From Clostridia bacterium (GTDB taxonomy: Bacteria; Bacillota; Clostridia; Christensenellales; CAG-917): 64,000 nt of DNA. This document shows, piece by piece, positions 1 to 7,176 of this stretch. Both the position numbers and the translations under genes were made by a program. How positions within the stretch are numbered: the stretch's first letter is position 1; every line of letters begins with the position of its first letter. The DNA lies in contig JAFZMH010000003.1 of the NCBI GenBank assembly GCA_017553325.1, positions 14,640-78,639 of the forward strand, read 5' to 3'. Below the pieces are notes generated by a model. The model ran no database searches, was not told the DNA's origin, and was given only the letters and a program-made list of their open reading frames with translations.

Positions 1-930
1 TTCGCATTCGACCTCGACCATTTGAGCGAATTCCTCAACAATACGCTCAACAGATTGATCACGTTGCCGGATATCGTCGGCACGGTTGTCGGCGTTGCGG
101 GCGGACTCATCAGCGCGCTTGACACGACCAACGGCGTCGCGCTCAACATTACGCTTCTCGGCTCCAACGTCCACATTCAACTTCTTGACGCGAACAACAA
201 GTTTGCGTTTGACATCGACGAGATTTTGCTCACGCTCCTCGACGGTCTCTACTATTATGAATCTTCCGCAATCCAACCTCTTTGGAACTTCTACGTCGAT
301 CCCGAAGAGACGAGCGCGGTGAGAATCAAGATAGCAGAAGAATTTGCGGCGTACGACAGGGCTGAATTTACGGGTACGAAATACGGTTCGCTCATCGGCT
401 CTACGCTCATCGGCAAGACGCTCGGCGCGACTATGGCTATGTCGGGCGGTATTTCCTACGACTCCAAGTACGGTCTCACGGACCTCGCGAGCGTGATACA
501 ATTAAAGACGGACCTCAGCTATATGCCGTACTTCTTCCCGATTTACGCGTTCCGCGATATGGTCGCGCTCTTTGCGGGTATGGTGGTCGTTATGGTGTTC
601 TTGAGCTACTTCGCCGCTGAGAAGGAATATCTCTATGCGACGGGACATCTTATCCCGAAGGAAAAGAAGAAAGACAAGAAGGGCAAAAACTCGGCGCAGG
701 AAGCGCAGTCGGAAGATGGCGCGCAAGGCGCACCCGAAGGCGCGGAAAACGCGGAGAACAAAGAACCGAACGGCGAGGAACAGCCCGAATTGGCTCCGCC
801 TGAGGACGAAGAAAAGCCCAAGAAGAAGCCAAAGAAAGAAAAGAAGTCCAAAAAGGCTAAGGGAGAGCCCGAAGCCGAGGAGGGTGCAGACGTACCTGTT
901 CAAGAAAATTCTGACAAGGAGGTGCGCTGA
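1..930 (+). CDS. hypothetical membrane-anchored protein, 5' end outside window
   Basis: Frame 1 is open from nt 1 (FAFDLDHLSEF...) to TGA at 928-930, so the TTG at 22 in the ORF track is probably internal. It has one hydrophobic helix (MVALFAGMVVVMVFLSYF) followed by a roughly 100-aa Lys/Glu/Pro-rich tail. No family recognised. Confidence 0.55.
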   Translation, partial: FAFDLDHLSEFLNNTLNRLITLPDIVGTVVGVAGGLISALDTTNGVALNITLLGSNVHIQLLDANNKFAFDIDEILLTLLDGLYYYESSAIQPLWNFYVDPEETSAVRIKIAEEFAAYDRAEFTGTKYGSLIGSTLIGKTLGATMAMSGGISYDSKYGLTDLASVIQLKTDLSYMPYFFPIYAFRDMVALFAGMVVVMVFLSYFAAEKEYLYATGHLIPKEKKKDKKGKNSAQEAQSEDGAQGAPEGAENAENKEPNGEEQPELAPPEDEEKPKKKPKKEKKSKKAKGEPEAEEGADVPVQENSDKEVR

Positions 931-932
931 TT

Positions 933-2789
933 ATGAAGAAGTCTATTCCGAATAAAGATGAATTTATCATGAAAGACGAAGAAGGCAACGTCGTGCCGGC
1001 ATTTGAAACCGACAAGAAGAAAGCCAAAAAGAACTTGCTCAAGACGTCGACGGGATATACTGTCTTTGCAGTCATCCTCTATATCCTTACGTTCCTGCCG
1101 ATTGCGGGGGTCACGTGCGTGCTTGCGATAAAGACGAGCCAACTCATGCCGTATTACAGCTTCTGGCCGTTCCTCGGCGTGATTGTCGTCGGCGTGCTTG
1201 CGATAGTGTTCTACCTCGTGCTCTTGCTCGTTGCGAGAAGACATTCCAAGAGATCGATTATGTCTCAAACGGCAGTGCTTGCAGTCGTGTATACGTTGCT
1301 GACAACGGTCTTCTCACTCGCCATAACTTATGCGTTCCCCGACGCAATCGCAGTCGCGACGCAGAATACGATTTACGGTGAAGACGTGCTCTACAACGGC
1401 GAGAAGATGGTTGAAACAAACGCAAAACTCGAGCGTCAGTTCGTGATGTACAACATCCTGAACGGCAACTTGGGCGGGGAACTCAGCTATCGCGATTTGT
1501 CCGCGCACACAAAGTCCGATCAGGGCGCGATTCTCGGCTATACGAACGATTATATCCAAGAGCAAATCGACTATTACAAATATGCCGACCCCGATAGAAA
1601 AGACGGCAGAATCGGTACTCCCGCTTCCGACGCGCTCATCAGCAACAGTATGGAAAGAATCGAGTCGATCATCGATACGCTCAAAACGACCAACCCGTAC
1701 AAGTACGAGATGTATCAATTCGTCTATGAGCAATACGTTTTGAACGACCCCGACTTTGCGTTCCTCATTTCCGCGTCGAACAAGGACGCGAGAGAGAGAA
1801 AAGCGCTTGCGCTCTCTATCGTCGACTACGAGTACAACAACTCGAGATTTGAGGAATTGATTGCAAGAGGCTTCACAAACAACGCAACCGATCCCGATCC
1901 CGAACTCAATGCGATTTTCAATCGCAACTACAACAACTTCAACCACGACGGTTATATCCCGTTTGACGACGAGCATTTGCTCCTCGCTCAAATCGAAGGT
2001 CGTATGACCATTCCCGTCGTCGTACACCTCATTCTCGACGACATCTATCAATACTCTCAACCGTCTTGGGACGACGACGGCAATCTCATCTACGAAGAGG
2101 AAGGCAACTTCCTCTACACACTCTACGATCCCGAAGCGCGTGACGCGTTTGAAGAAGCGGGCGGAGTGTACGACCAAAAGGACGAGGATGAAGTCGCGTT
2201 CGGCTACAACGAGGACGGTTGGAGAATTTACAAGAACGGTCAAGTGCATCGCCCGATGAAATGGGTCGTGCTCGATATGCTCGGCGAGGGTATGGACCTC
2301 ACGACAATCGACGTCGCCAACATCAAATTGTTGGGTATGTTGCCTCTCACCAACCTCTTTATTCCGGCGGTCACCGACACTATCGGCGCGTTCCTCAACG
2401 ACGACTTGCCACAGGTCATCAAGTACGCGGCAAACGGCGCTGAACTCGGCATCTGCATCCGTCTCAACGACGAAGCGCAAATGGAAATCAGCATTGTTTC
2501 CAACAACGCGAAATACGGTATGCTCGGCTATATGCAGGCGACTTGGGTGTCCCAAGACAACCTTCTTATGGCGGTCTACAACGTCGTCTCGGTCAGAAAC
2601 TGGTTCGCACTCTTCGGCGCAATCGGCGTAGTGCTTGTCATAGCGGCAGGCGTGCTCAGAGATTGCGGAAAGAAGATTCGCGAAAGAGGCGCAATCTCCG
2701 TTGACAGACTCAACAGAATGAGAGTTTCGGAAGGAGAAGAGAATGCCGCTCAAGAGGCAGATTTGACGCTTGAGAACGGCAATGCGTAA
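933..2789 (+). CDS. hypothetical multi-pass membrane protein with large extracytoplasmic domain (618 aa)
   Basis: The ATG lies 2 nt after the upstream stop, with AAGGAGG at 915-921. It has three N-terminal hydrophobic helices, a polar Asp/Asn/Tyr-rich domain of about 400 aa, and one C-terminal helix (WFALFGAIGVVLVIAAGVL). No family recognised. Confidence 0.6.
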   Translation: MKKSIPNKDEFIMKDEEGNVVPAFETDKKKAKKNLLKTSTGYTVFAVILYILTFLPIAGVTCVLAIKTSQLMPYYSFWPFLGVIVVGVLAIVFYLVLLLVARRHSKRSIMSQTAVLAVVYTLLTTVFSLAITYAFPDAIAVATQNTIYGEDVLYNGEKMVETNAKLERQFVMYNILNGNLGGELSYRDLSAHTKSDQGAILGYTNDYIQEQIDYYKYADPDRKDGRIGTPASDALISNSMERIESIIDTLKTTNPYKYEMYQFVYEQYVLNDPDFAFLISASNKDARERKALALSIVDYEYNNSRFEELIARGFTNNATDPDPELNAIFNRNYNNFNHDGYIPFDDEHLLLAQIEGRMTIPVVVHLILDDIYQYSQPSWDDDGNLIYEEEGNFLYTLYDPEARDAFEEAGGVYDQKDEDEVAFGYNEDGWRIYKNGQVHRPMKWVVLDMLGEGMDLTTIDVANIKLLGMLPLTNLFIPAVTDTIGAFLNDDLPQVIKYAANGAELGICIRLNDEAQMEISIVSNNAKYGMLGYMQATWVSQDNLLMAVYNVVSVRNWFALFGAIGVVLVIAAGVLRDCGKKIRERGAISVDRLNRMRVSEGEENAAQEADLTLENGNA

Positions 2790-2811
2790 TCGTCTTCAAA
2801 TTCAAACGAAG

Positions 2812-2845
2812 AGCCTCGAGCAGACCGCTCGGGGCTTTTATTTAT
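2812..2845 (+). terminator. intrinsic terminator after the 933..2789 gene
   Basis: Arms agcctcgagc and gctcggggct (one G-U pair) flank a 5-nt loop and are followed by a T-rich run. Confidence 0.6.
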
Positions 2846-2911
2846 TGTTTATTATTTTATATAATATATATTATAAATATATAATTTGGTTTACTCTTGG
2901 CGCGCTTGCGC

Positions 2912-3328
2912 TCACAAGTACTCTCTTAGCACCTTAATGCATTTGTCGTAGGTTTTCATAAGTTCCGTGGCGAGGGAGGGGACTTCCACGCCGTCCTTTC
3001 TCAGCTCGTTTATACACTTTTGCACGGACTCAATGCCCATATTGTAGCCGTCAATCATCATGCTTGCGATATGCGACGAACTGTTGTTAAACCCGACGTT
3101 CATCTTGACGCCCGCCTTCAGCATAAACTGTTGCATAGGGTTGGTCTTCGCGTCTTCGAGTTCGTGTTCGCTGAGTTCGCTTGCCGCCTTTTTGTAATAG
3201 TCTTCCATACTCTTTTTTTGTTCGAGCAAGATACCTTTCAAGCGTTCGTTGTCCACGTGGTCGATAATGTTGTCGACAGATTGCGCGCCCATAGCTGTGT
3301 TGCGCACGATTTCTCTCATTATTTTCAT
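2912..3328 (-). CDS. hypothetical helical protein (138 aa)
   Basis: AAGGAG lies 7 nt upstream of the ATG on the minus strand. The composition is soluble and helix-rich. No family recognised with confidence. Confidence 0.6.
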   Translation of the reverse strand: MKIMREIVRNTAMGAQSVDNIIDHVDNERLKGILLEQKKSMEDYYKKAASELSEHELEDAKTNPMQQFMLKAGVKMNVGFNNSSSHIASMMIDGYNMGIESVQKCINELRKDGVEVPSLATELMKTYDKCIKVLREYL

Positions 3329-3342
3329 ATTGGTCTCCTTGC

Positions 3343-3466
3343 AATCGCGCAGTTAGGCAACCTGCTTTGTCAGAGCGCTCCTTGTGGCGACACCGTGTAC
3401 GTCTTTGTACACATGGTCGACACTAGACGCGCTCTTCCTTGCATCTCATCCAAACTAAGCGGTTTT
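3343..3466 (+). repeat. R element copy R1 (about 125-bp long-hairpin intergenic repeat)
   Basis: Aligns along its whole length with 4927-5052, 28071-28196 and 47094-47215. Shared blocks are cct.ctttgtcag, ccgtgtac...gtac and cttgcatctcatccaaac..agcggtttt. The terminal arms aatcgc and gcggtt pair. Confidence 0.75.
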
Positions 3467-3553
3467 AATTTTATGTACCGAAAGTTAATGTATTGCGGTT
3501 ATATATCTTATATATTTGCTATTATTCAAGACTTATACGTTTTCAAATTTATT

Positions 3554-4105
3554 TCAGCCGAACAGTTTTTCGAGCGTCTCTTTCACCCACGATTTATAGA
3601 CGATTTTGTCGCCGCCCGAGCCGCTTGGGACGAAGCATAACGGGGGAAAAGCCACGCACCACCAGTTGTCTCCCTTGCCGCTTCCGAGCTCCAGAATCAG
3701 CGCGTCGTAGTTGCCTGCGGGGAATTCGTAGTCCTCGTACGTGCGGTCCGGAAAATACTCATTATTCAACCGAATTGACGTTTTATATGCACAATTTGAC
3801 TGTTTAAGTGTCAAATCTGCGATTTTTACTATATTTTCCTTGTCGTTTTCAAGCAGCGCGTACGCCTGTCTTTTCGTTTTGCAATCGGCAAGCAGAGTGA
3901 CGAGATGATTTGTGACCGCGTCGCGCACTTTCAGTTTTACCGCTTGGTCGAATTCGTCGTTCGAGTTGGCGCGTATATGTATTCTTATACAGTTTTCTTG
4001 CAAAGTTTCAAGGCTCGCGGTTTTTTTATCGCACGATGAAAGAAGCAGTACGGAAAGGGCGAGGAACAAAAGTAGGGCGACAGTAAAAACGCAATTTTTT
4101 CTCAT
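3554..4105 (-). CDS. spoIIR: stage II sporulation protein R
   Basis: Carries IRIHIRANSNDEFDQAVKLKVRDAV and the C-terminal GKGDNWWCVAFPPLCF motif typical of SpoIIR. Start set at MRKNCVF (ATG ending at 4105) just before the signal-like helix; the longer ORF-track start at 4216 is an upstream extension. Confidence 0.8.
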   Translation of the reverse strand: MRKNCVFTVALLLFLALSVLLLSSCDKKTASLETLQENCIRIHIRANSNDEFDQAVKLKVRDAVTNHLVTLLADCKTKRQAYALLENDKENIVKIADLTLKQSNCAYKTSIRLNNEYFPDRTYEDYEFPAGNYDALILELGSGKGDNWWCVAFPPLCFVPSGSGGDKIVYKSWVKETLEKLFG

Positions 4106-4199
4106 ACGCTCATTGTTGCCAAAACGTTTGAAGAATAAACGCCCAAAAATCAATTTACTCTCGAGAATAAAAATCACGACGAACGGCACACTATGCAAT

Positions 4200-4928
4200 A
4201 TGAAACGCATTTTCAATCAAATCGAATATCAAGGAGCGGGCAACGCATTTAGACGGGTGCTCGCTCTCGTTATGGTCTTTGCTTTCGTGCTCACGATTGC
4301 CATCGTGTTTTTGCCGTCGTCGGACGGAGTGGCGGAGGCTGTCGTTTTGAAACAAGGCTCGACGGGCACTCTCGTCAAGACCATGCAGACCAAACTCATA
4401 AGGTGGGGCTATTTGCAGGGCACGGCTGACGGGGTGTTCGGTCCCAAGACCAAAGCCGCCGTCATCCTCTTTCAAAAGCGCAACGGACTCGTGGCGGACG
4501 GCGTAGTGGGAACCAAGACGGCGCAGGCTATGGGGCTTAACTTGAACTCGACGACCACAAGCAGTTCGTCCTCGACGTCCTCAACCGAACTTAACTTGCT
4601 CGCGCACGTCGTCTACGGCGAGGCGAGGGGCGAACCGTATACGGGACAAGTGGCGGTTGCGGCTGTCGTGCTCAACAGAGTCAAGAGTTCGAGCTTCCCA
4701 AACACGATTGCAGGCGTGATATATCAGGCGGGCGCGTTCGACTGCGTGAGCGACGGACAAATCAATCTAAGTCCCAACCAAACCGCGATAAACGCCGCTC
4801 GCGACGCTCTCAACGGATGGGACCCGACCTACGGTTGTCTCTTTTACTACAATCCCAAAACCGCTACGAGCAAGTGGATGCTGTCTCGCACGGTAAAATT
4901 GAGTATAGGAAATCACAATTTCTGTTAA
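4200..4928 (+). CDS. sleB: spore cortex-lytic enzyme SleB (PG-binding domain plus hydrolase-2 domain)
   Basis: The peptidoglycan-binding repeat (GSTGTLVKTMQTKLIRWGYLQGTADGVFGPKTKAAVILFQKRNGLVADGVVG) is followed by the SleB catalytic region (VVYGEARGEPYTGQVAVAAVVLNRV...AFDCV). Start taken at ATG 4200 (MKRIF); no clear SD upstream. Confidence 0.85.
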   Translation: MKRIFNQIEYQGAGNAFRRVLALVMVFAFVLTIAIVFLPSSDGVAEAVVLKQGSTGTLVKTMQTKLIRWGYLQGTADGVFGPKTKAAVILFQKRNGLVADGVVGTKTAQAMGLNLNSTTTSSSSSTSSTELNLLAHVVYGEARGEPYTGQVAVAAVVLNRVKSSSFPNTIAGVIYQAGAFDCVSDGQINLSPNQTAINAARDALNGWDPTYGCLFYYNPKTATSKWMLSRTVKLSIGNHNFC

Positions 4929-5052
4929 AACCGCACAGTTTGGCGACCTACTGTGTCAGAGCATCTCTTGCGCCGACACCGTGTACGCAAAAGTACGCTT
5001 GGTCGCCGCAAGACGTACTCTTTCTTGCATCTCATCCAAACCGAGCGGTTTT
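4927..5052 (+). repeat. R element copy R2
   Basis: Starts inside the sleB stop codon (aaaaccgc at 4927-4934) and ends with gcggtttt at 5045-5052. The arms aaaaccgc/gcggtttt, gtttgg/ccaaac and tcttgcg/cgcaaga form one long imperfect hairpin. Confidence 0.8.
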
Positions 5053-5100
5053 GGGAGTGCGAAGTATTAAATAGTTGCAAAATCAAAAATAAGGTGAAAT

Positions 5101-6489
5101 ATGGAAAACACAAATCAACAAAACGTAAAATCAAAAAAGACCAAAAAGTCGGGCGTCGGTAAATGGATAGCCGGCGCGACGATGGGACTGTTTGCGAGCG
5201 CGATAGTCGGCTTGTCCGTGGCTCTTTATTACAGCACGGAGGAGATAAACACGCACGAGACCTATCAGCGTCAAATGGAGGCGGTGTATTCAAGGGCATA
5301 CTACGACCTGCTCAGCGGTGCAAACGACCTTGGCACGAACCTCAGGAAACTCAGCGTGTCCTCCACGCCCGCGATGCAACAGTCGCTCCTTTACGAAGTG
5401 TGGAGCGCGGCTTCGCTTGCCGAGAATAACCTCGGCGTATTCGACGCCGAAGACGAAGGTATGCTTGCGGCGCAAAAGTTTGTCAATCAACTCGGCGACT
5501 ATTCGCATTCGCTCGCGCTCAAGGTTGCGGACGGCGAAAAACTCACGAGTGAGGACAGAACCAAACTCCGCAAAATGGGCGAACTTGCCGACGTCTACAA
5601 GGAAGCAATCTACAAGGTGAACGAAAGTTTGAAACGCGGAGGCTCTTTCGTCGGGGAGGACGGCGTGCTTGAAGAGTTTGCGTCCGCTTTCAACGACTTT
5701 ACCGAGCCGAGCATCGAGTATCCCGAAATGATTTACGACGGACCTTTCAGCGACGCGCTCGAAACGCGCGAACCCGTGGCGTTGCAGGGCGACGAGATGA
5801 CTTTGGAACAGGCGAAGACGCAACTTCTCCTCTATCTTAAAGATAGAGACGTCGAAAACCTCGAATATGCGGGAGAAGCGGACGGGCAGATAAAGTGCTA
5901 CAACTTTTCCTTCGTTTTGGACGGAGACAGAGCGTTCGCGCAGGTGGGTAGATTCGGCGGAGCGCTTATTCTCATGAACGCGACGGGAGACGGCGAAGCC
6001 GTTGCAACCGCGCATACGGAGGCAGGGGAGACTTGCCAAATCTCCGCGCTCAATTTTGCAAAACGACTCGGCTTTGACAATATGCAGGTCGTGTGGTCTT
6101 GCTCGGCGCACGGAGAGTGCGTCGTCAACCTCGCTCCCGTTGAAAACGACGTGATACTCTATTCCGACCTAGTCAAGGTCAAAATTCGCGAAAGAGACGG
6201 CAAGGTCGTGGGCGTTGACGCAACGCACTACGCCTTCAACCACAGGACGAGAAACGTCCCGTCTCCCAAAATCTCCGAGTCGGAAGCAAGACGGACGCTC
6301 TCGCTCCCCGCAGTCGGAGAGGGCAGACTTGCACTCATCCCTCTCCGTGGCAACCGCGAGGTCTTGACCTACGAGTTTGAATGTCAGCAAGACGGGACCT
6401 ATTTCGTATACGTTGACGCAACGACCGGCAACGAAGCGAATATTCTCTATGTGATTGATGATACCGAAACCGGTCAAAAAACCGTGTGA
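5101..6489 (+). CDS. ypeB: germination protein YpeB
   Basis: Shows the classic sleB-ypeB pairing, an N-terminal membrane anchor (WIAGATMGLFASAIVGLSVALYY), a YpeB-like helical region and C-terminal PepSY-like repeats. AAGGTGA lies upstream of the ATG. Confidence 0.8.
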   Translation: MENTNQQNVKSKKTKKSGVGKWIAGATMGLFASAIVGLSVALYYSTEEINTHETYQRQMEAVYSRAYYDLLSGANDLGTNLRKLSVSSTPAMQQSLLYEVWSAASLAENNLGVFDAEDEGMLAAQKFVNQLGDYSHSLALKVADGEKLTSEDRTKLRKMGELADVYKEAIYKVNESLKRGGSFVGEDGVLEEFASAFNDFTEPSIEYPEMIYDGPFSDALETREPVALQGDEMTLEQAKTQLLLYLKDRDVENLEYAGEADGQIKCYNFSFVLDGDRAFAQVGRFGGALILMNATGDGEAVATAHTEAGETCQISALNFAKRLGFDNMQVVWSCSAHGECVVNLAPVENDVILYSDLVKVKIRERDGKVVGVDATHYAFNHRTRNVPSPKISESEARRTLSLPAVGEGRLALIPLRGNREVLTYEFECQQDGTYFVYVDATTGNEANILYVIDDTETGQKTV

Positions 6490-6519
6490 GTGAGCGATCT
6501 GCTGTGTCAGGTTTGCAAC

Positions 6520-6546
6520 AAAAGGCACTCGATTGAGTGCCTTTTT
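6520..6546. terminator. bidirectional intrinsic terminator (ypeB on plus, L-element copy B on minus)
   Basis: Sequence aaaaggcactc gatt gagtgccttttt, with A and T runs on both sides. Confidence 0.7.
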
Positions 6547-6830
6547 GATATGCTTTACGTCGTAAAACTCTAAAATGAAATTACCTTGCTCCTTCGTATG
6601 GTTCTTCCCAAAACGGTCACCCCTAAAAGGGAACCCACCGTCGCCACTCTCCATATTATCGTCCCCTTGTTATACCACGTCGCGTTTTGGGGCATTCGCA
6701 ACTAGTTCCCAAGACGCTCACACTTTTGAAAATTCGAGCGGACTCACGCGGTCGTCGCCGTTGCGACTCCAGTTCCGTCTTCAAAAGAGAAAGTCGTGAC
6801 TCCTACGCGTCTTCGAACAAATGAACGTTC
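6545..6830 (-). repeat. L element copy B (conserved noncoding module, unclassified)
   Basis: The reverse complement aligns with 47216-47590. About 85 nt at the 5' end are roughly 80-85% identical by eye. It shares an identical 16-mer gaagacggaactggag (6767-6782 vs 47263-47278) and an identical 21-mer gggaagaaccatacgaaggag (6589-6609 vs 47518-47538). Stop codons and indels rule out conserved coding. Confidence 0.6.
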
Positions 6831-7112
6831 AAAAACCGCACAGTTTAGATGAAGAGCGCGAAAAAGCCCGTTTGTGAGGGATGAGCGTACTTGTGTACGT
6901 GACCCTAAAATGTGCGAAGCGCAAAATCAAGCACAAGATTGCGCGGAACACTTGCTTGAGTTTTTCGGTATATGATGGATGAGCAAACAATCTTGTGCGC
7001 GAAGTGGCGAAAAAGTTGCAATAATAAATTAAGCGTCCCCATGTTGGGAACGCTTTTAAATTGTTGCAACTTTTGAGTTGACAATGCTATTCGCTAAACT
7101 GTGCGGTTTTTT
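6831..7112 (-). repeat. composite or nested R element (R3) with perfect 18-bp terminal inverted repeats
   Basis: aaaaaccgcacagtttag at 6831-6848 is the exact reverse complement of 7095-7112. The interior carries R-family blocks (gggatgagcgtacttgtgtacgtga; gatggatgagcaaacaatcttgtgcgcg) in minus orientation, plus an extra hairpin (aagcgtcccca tgt tgggaacgctt). Confidence 0.7.
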
Positions 7113-7130
7113 GATAATTCACTTTAATAA

Positions 7131-7160
7131 AAAAAGCACTCTCAAACGAGAGTGCTTTTT
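7131..7160. terminator. bidirectional intrinsic terminator after the 7177..8001 gene
   Basis: Sequence aaaaagcactctc aaac gagagtgcttttt. Confidence 0.7.
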
Positions 7161-7176
7161 GCTTTTTAAACTTAAA

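Noticed and set aside
1314-2753. A 479-aa minus-strand ORF opposite the 933..2789 gene.
   Set aside because: It is a shadow ORF. The plus-strand frame has membrane topology, an SD, coupling to the upstream gene and a terminator. The minus frame has none of these.
2836-2890. A nearly pure A/T tract with TA-rich palindromes between two convergent genes.
   Set aside because: It is most simply the T-rich tail of the terminator plus AT-rich spacer. No repeats or motifs suggest an origin, an att site or a promoter, because no gene exits this gap.
3912-4199. Upstream extension of the sleB ORF (and the 3554..4216 spoIIR extension), which would make the two divergent genes overlap.
   Set aside because: The extensions encode no signal or domain. 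Internal ATGs at 4200 and 4105 give canonical N-termini and leave a 94-nt divergent promoter region.
4106-4199. Possible sigma-G-type promoter (GAATA-17-CACACTA) in front of sleB.
   Set aside because: The -10-like box ends only about 6-8 nt before the ATG, leaving no leader. The match is weak, so it is not reported as a feature.
6169-6654. A 161-aa minus-strand ORF starting inside L copy B and running antisense into ypeB. The related ORFs are 6575-6799 (plus strand) and 47225-47446.
   Set aside because: It reads straight through a strong terminator hairpin. The equivalent frames in L copy A are interrupted by stops and indels. Differences between the copies are not biased toward third codon positions.
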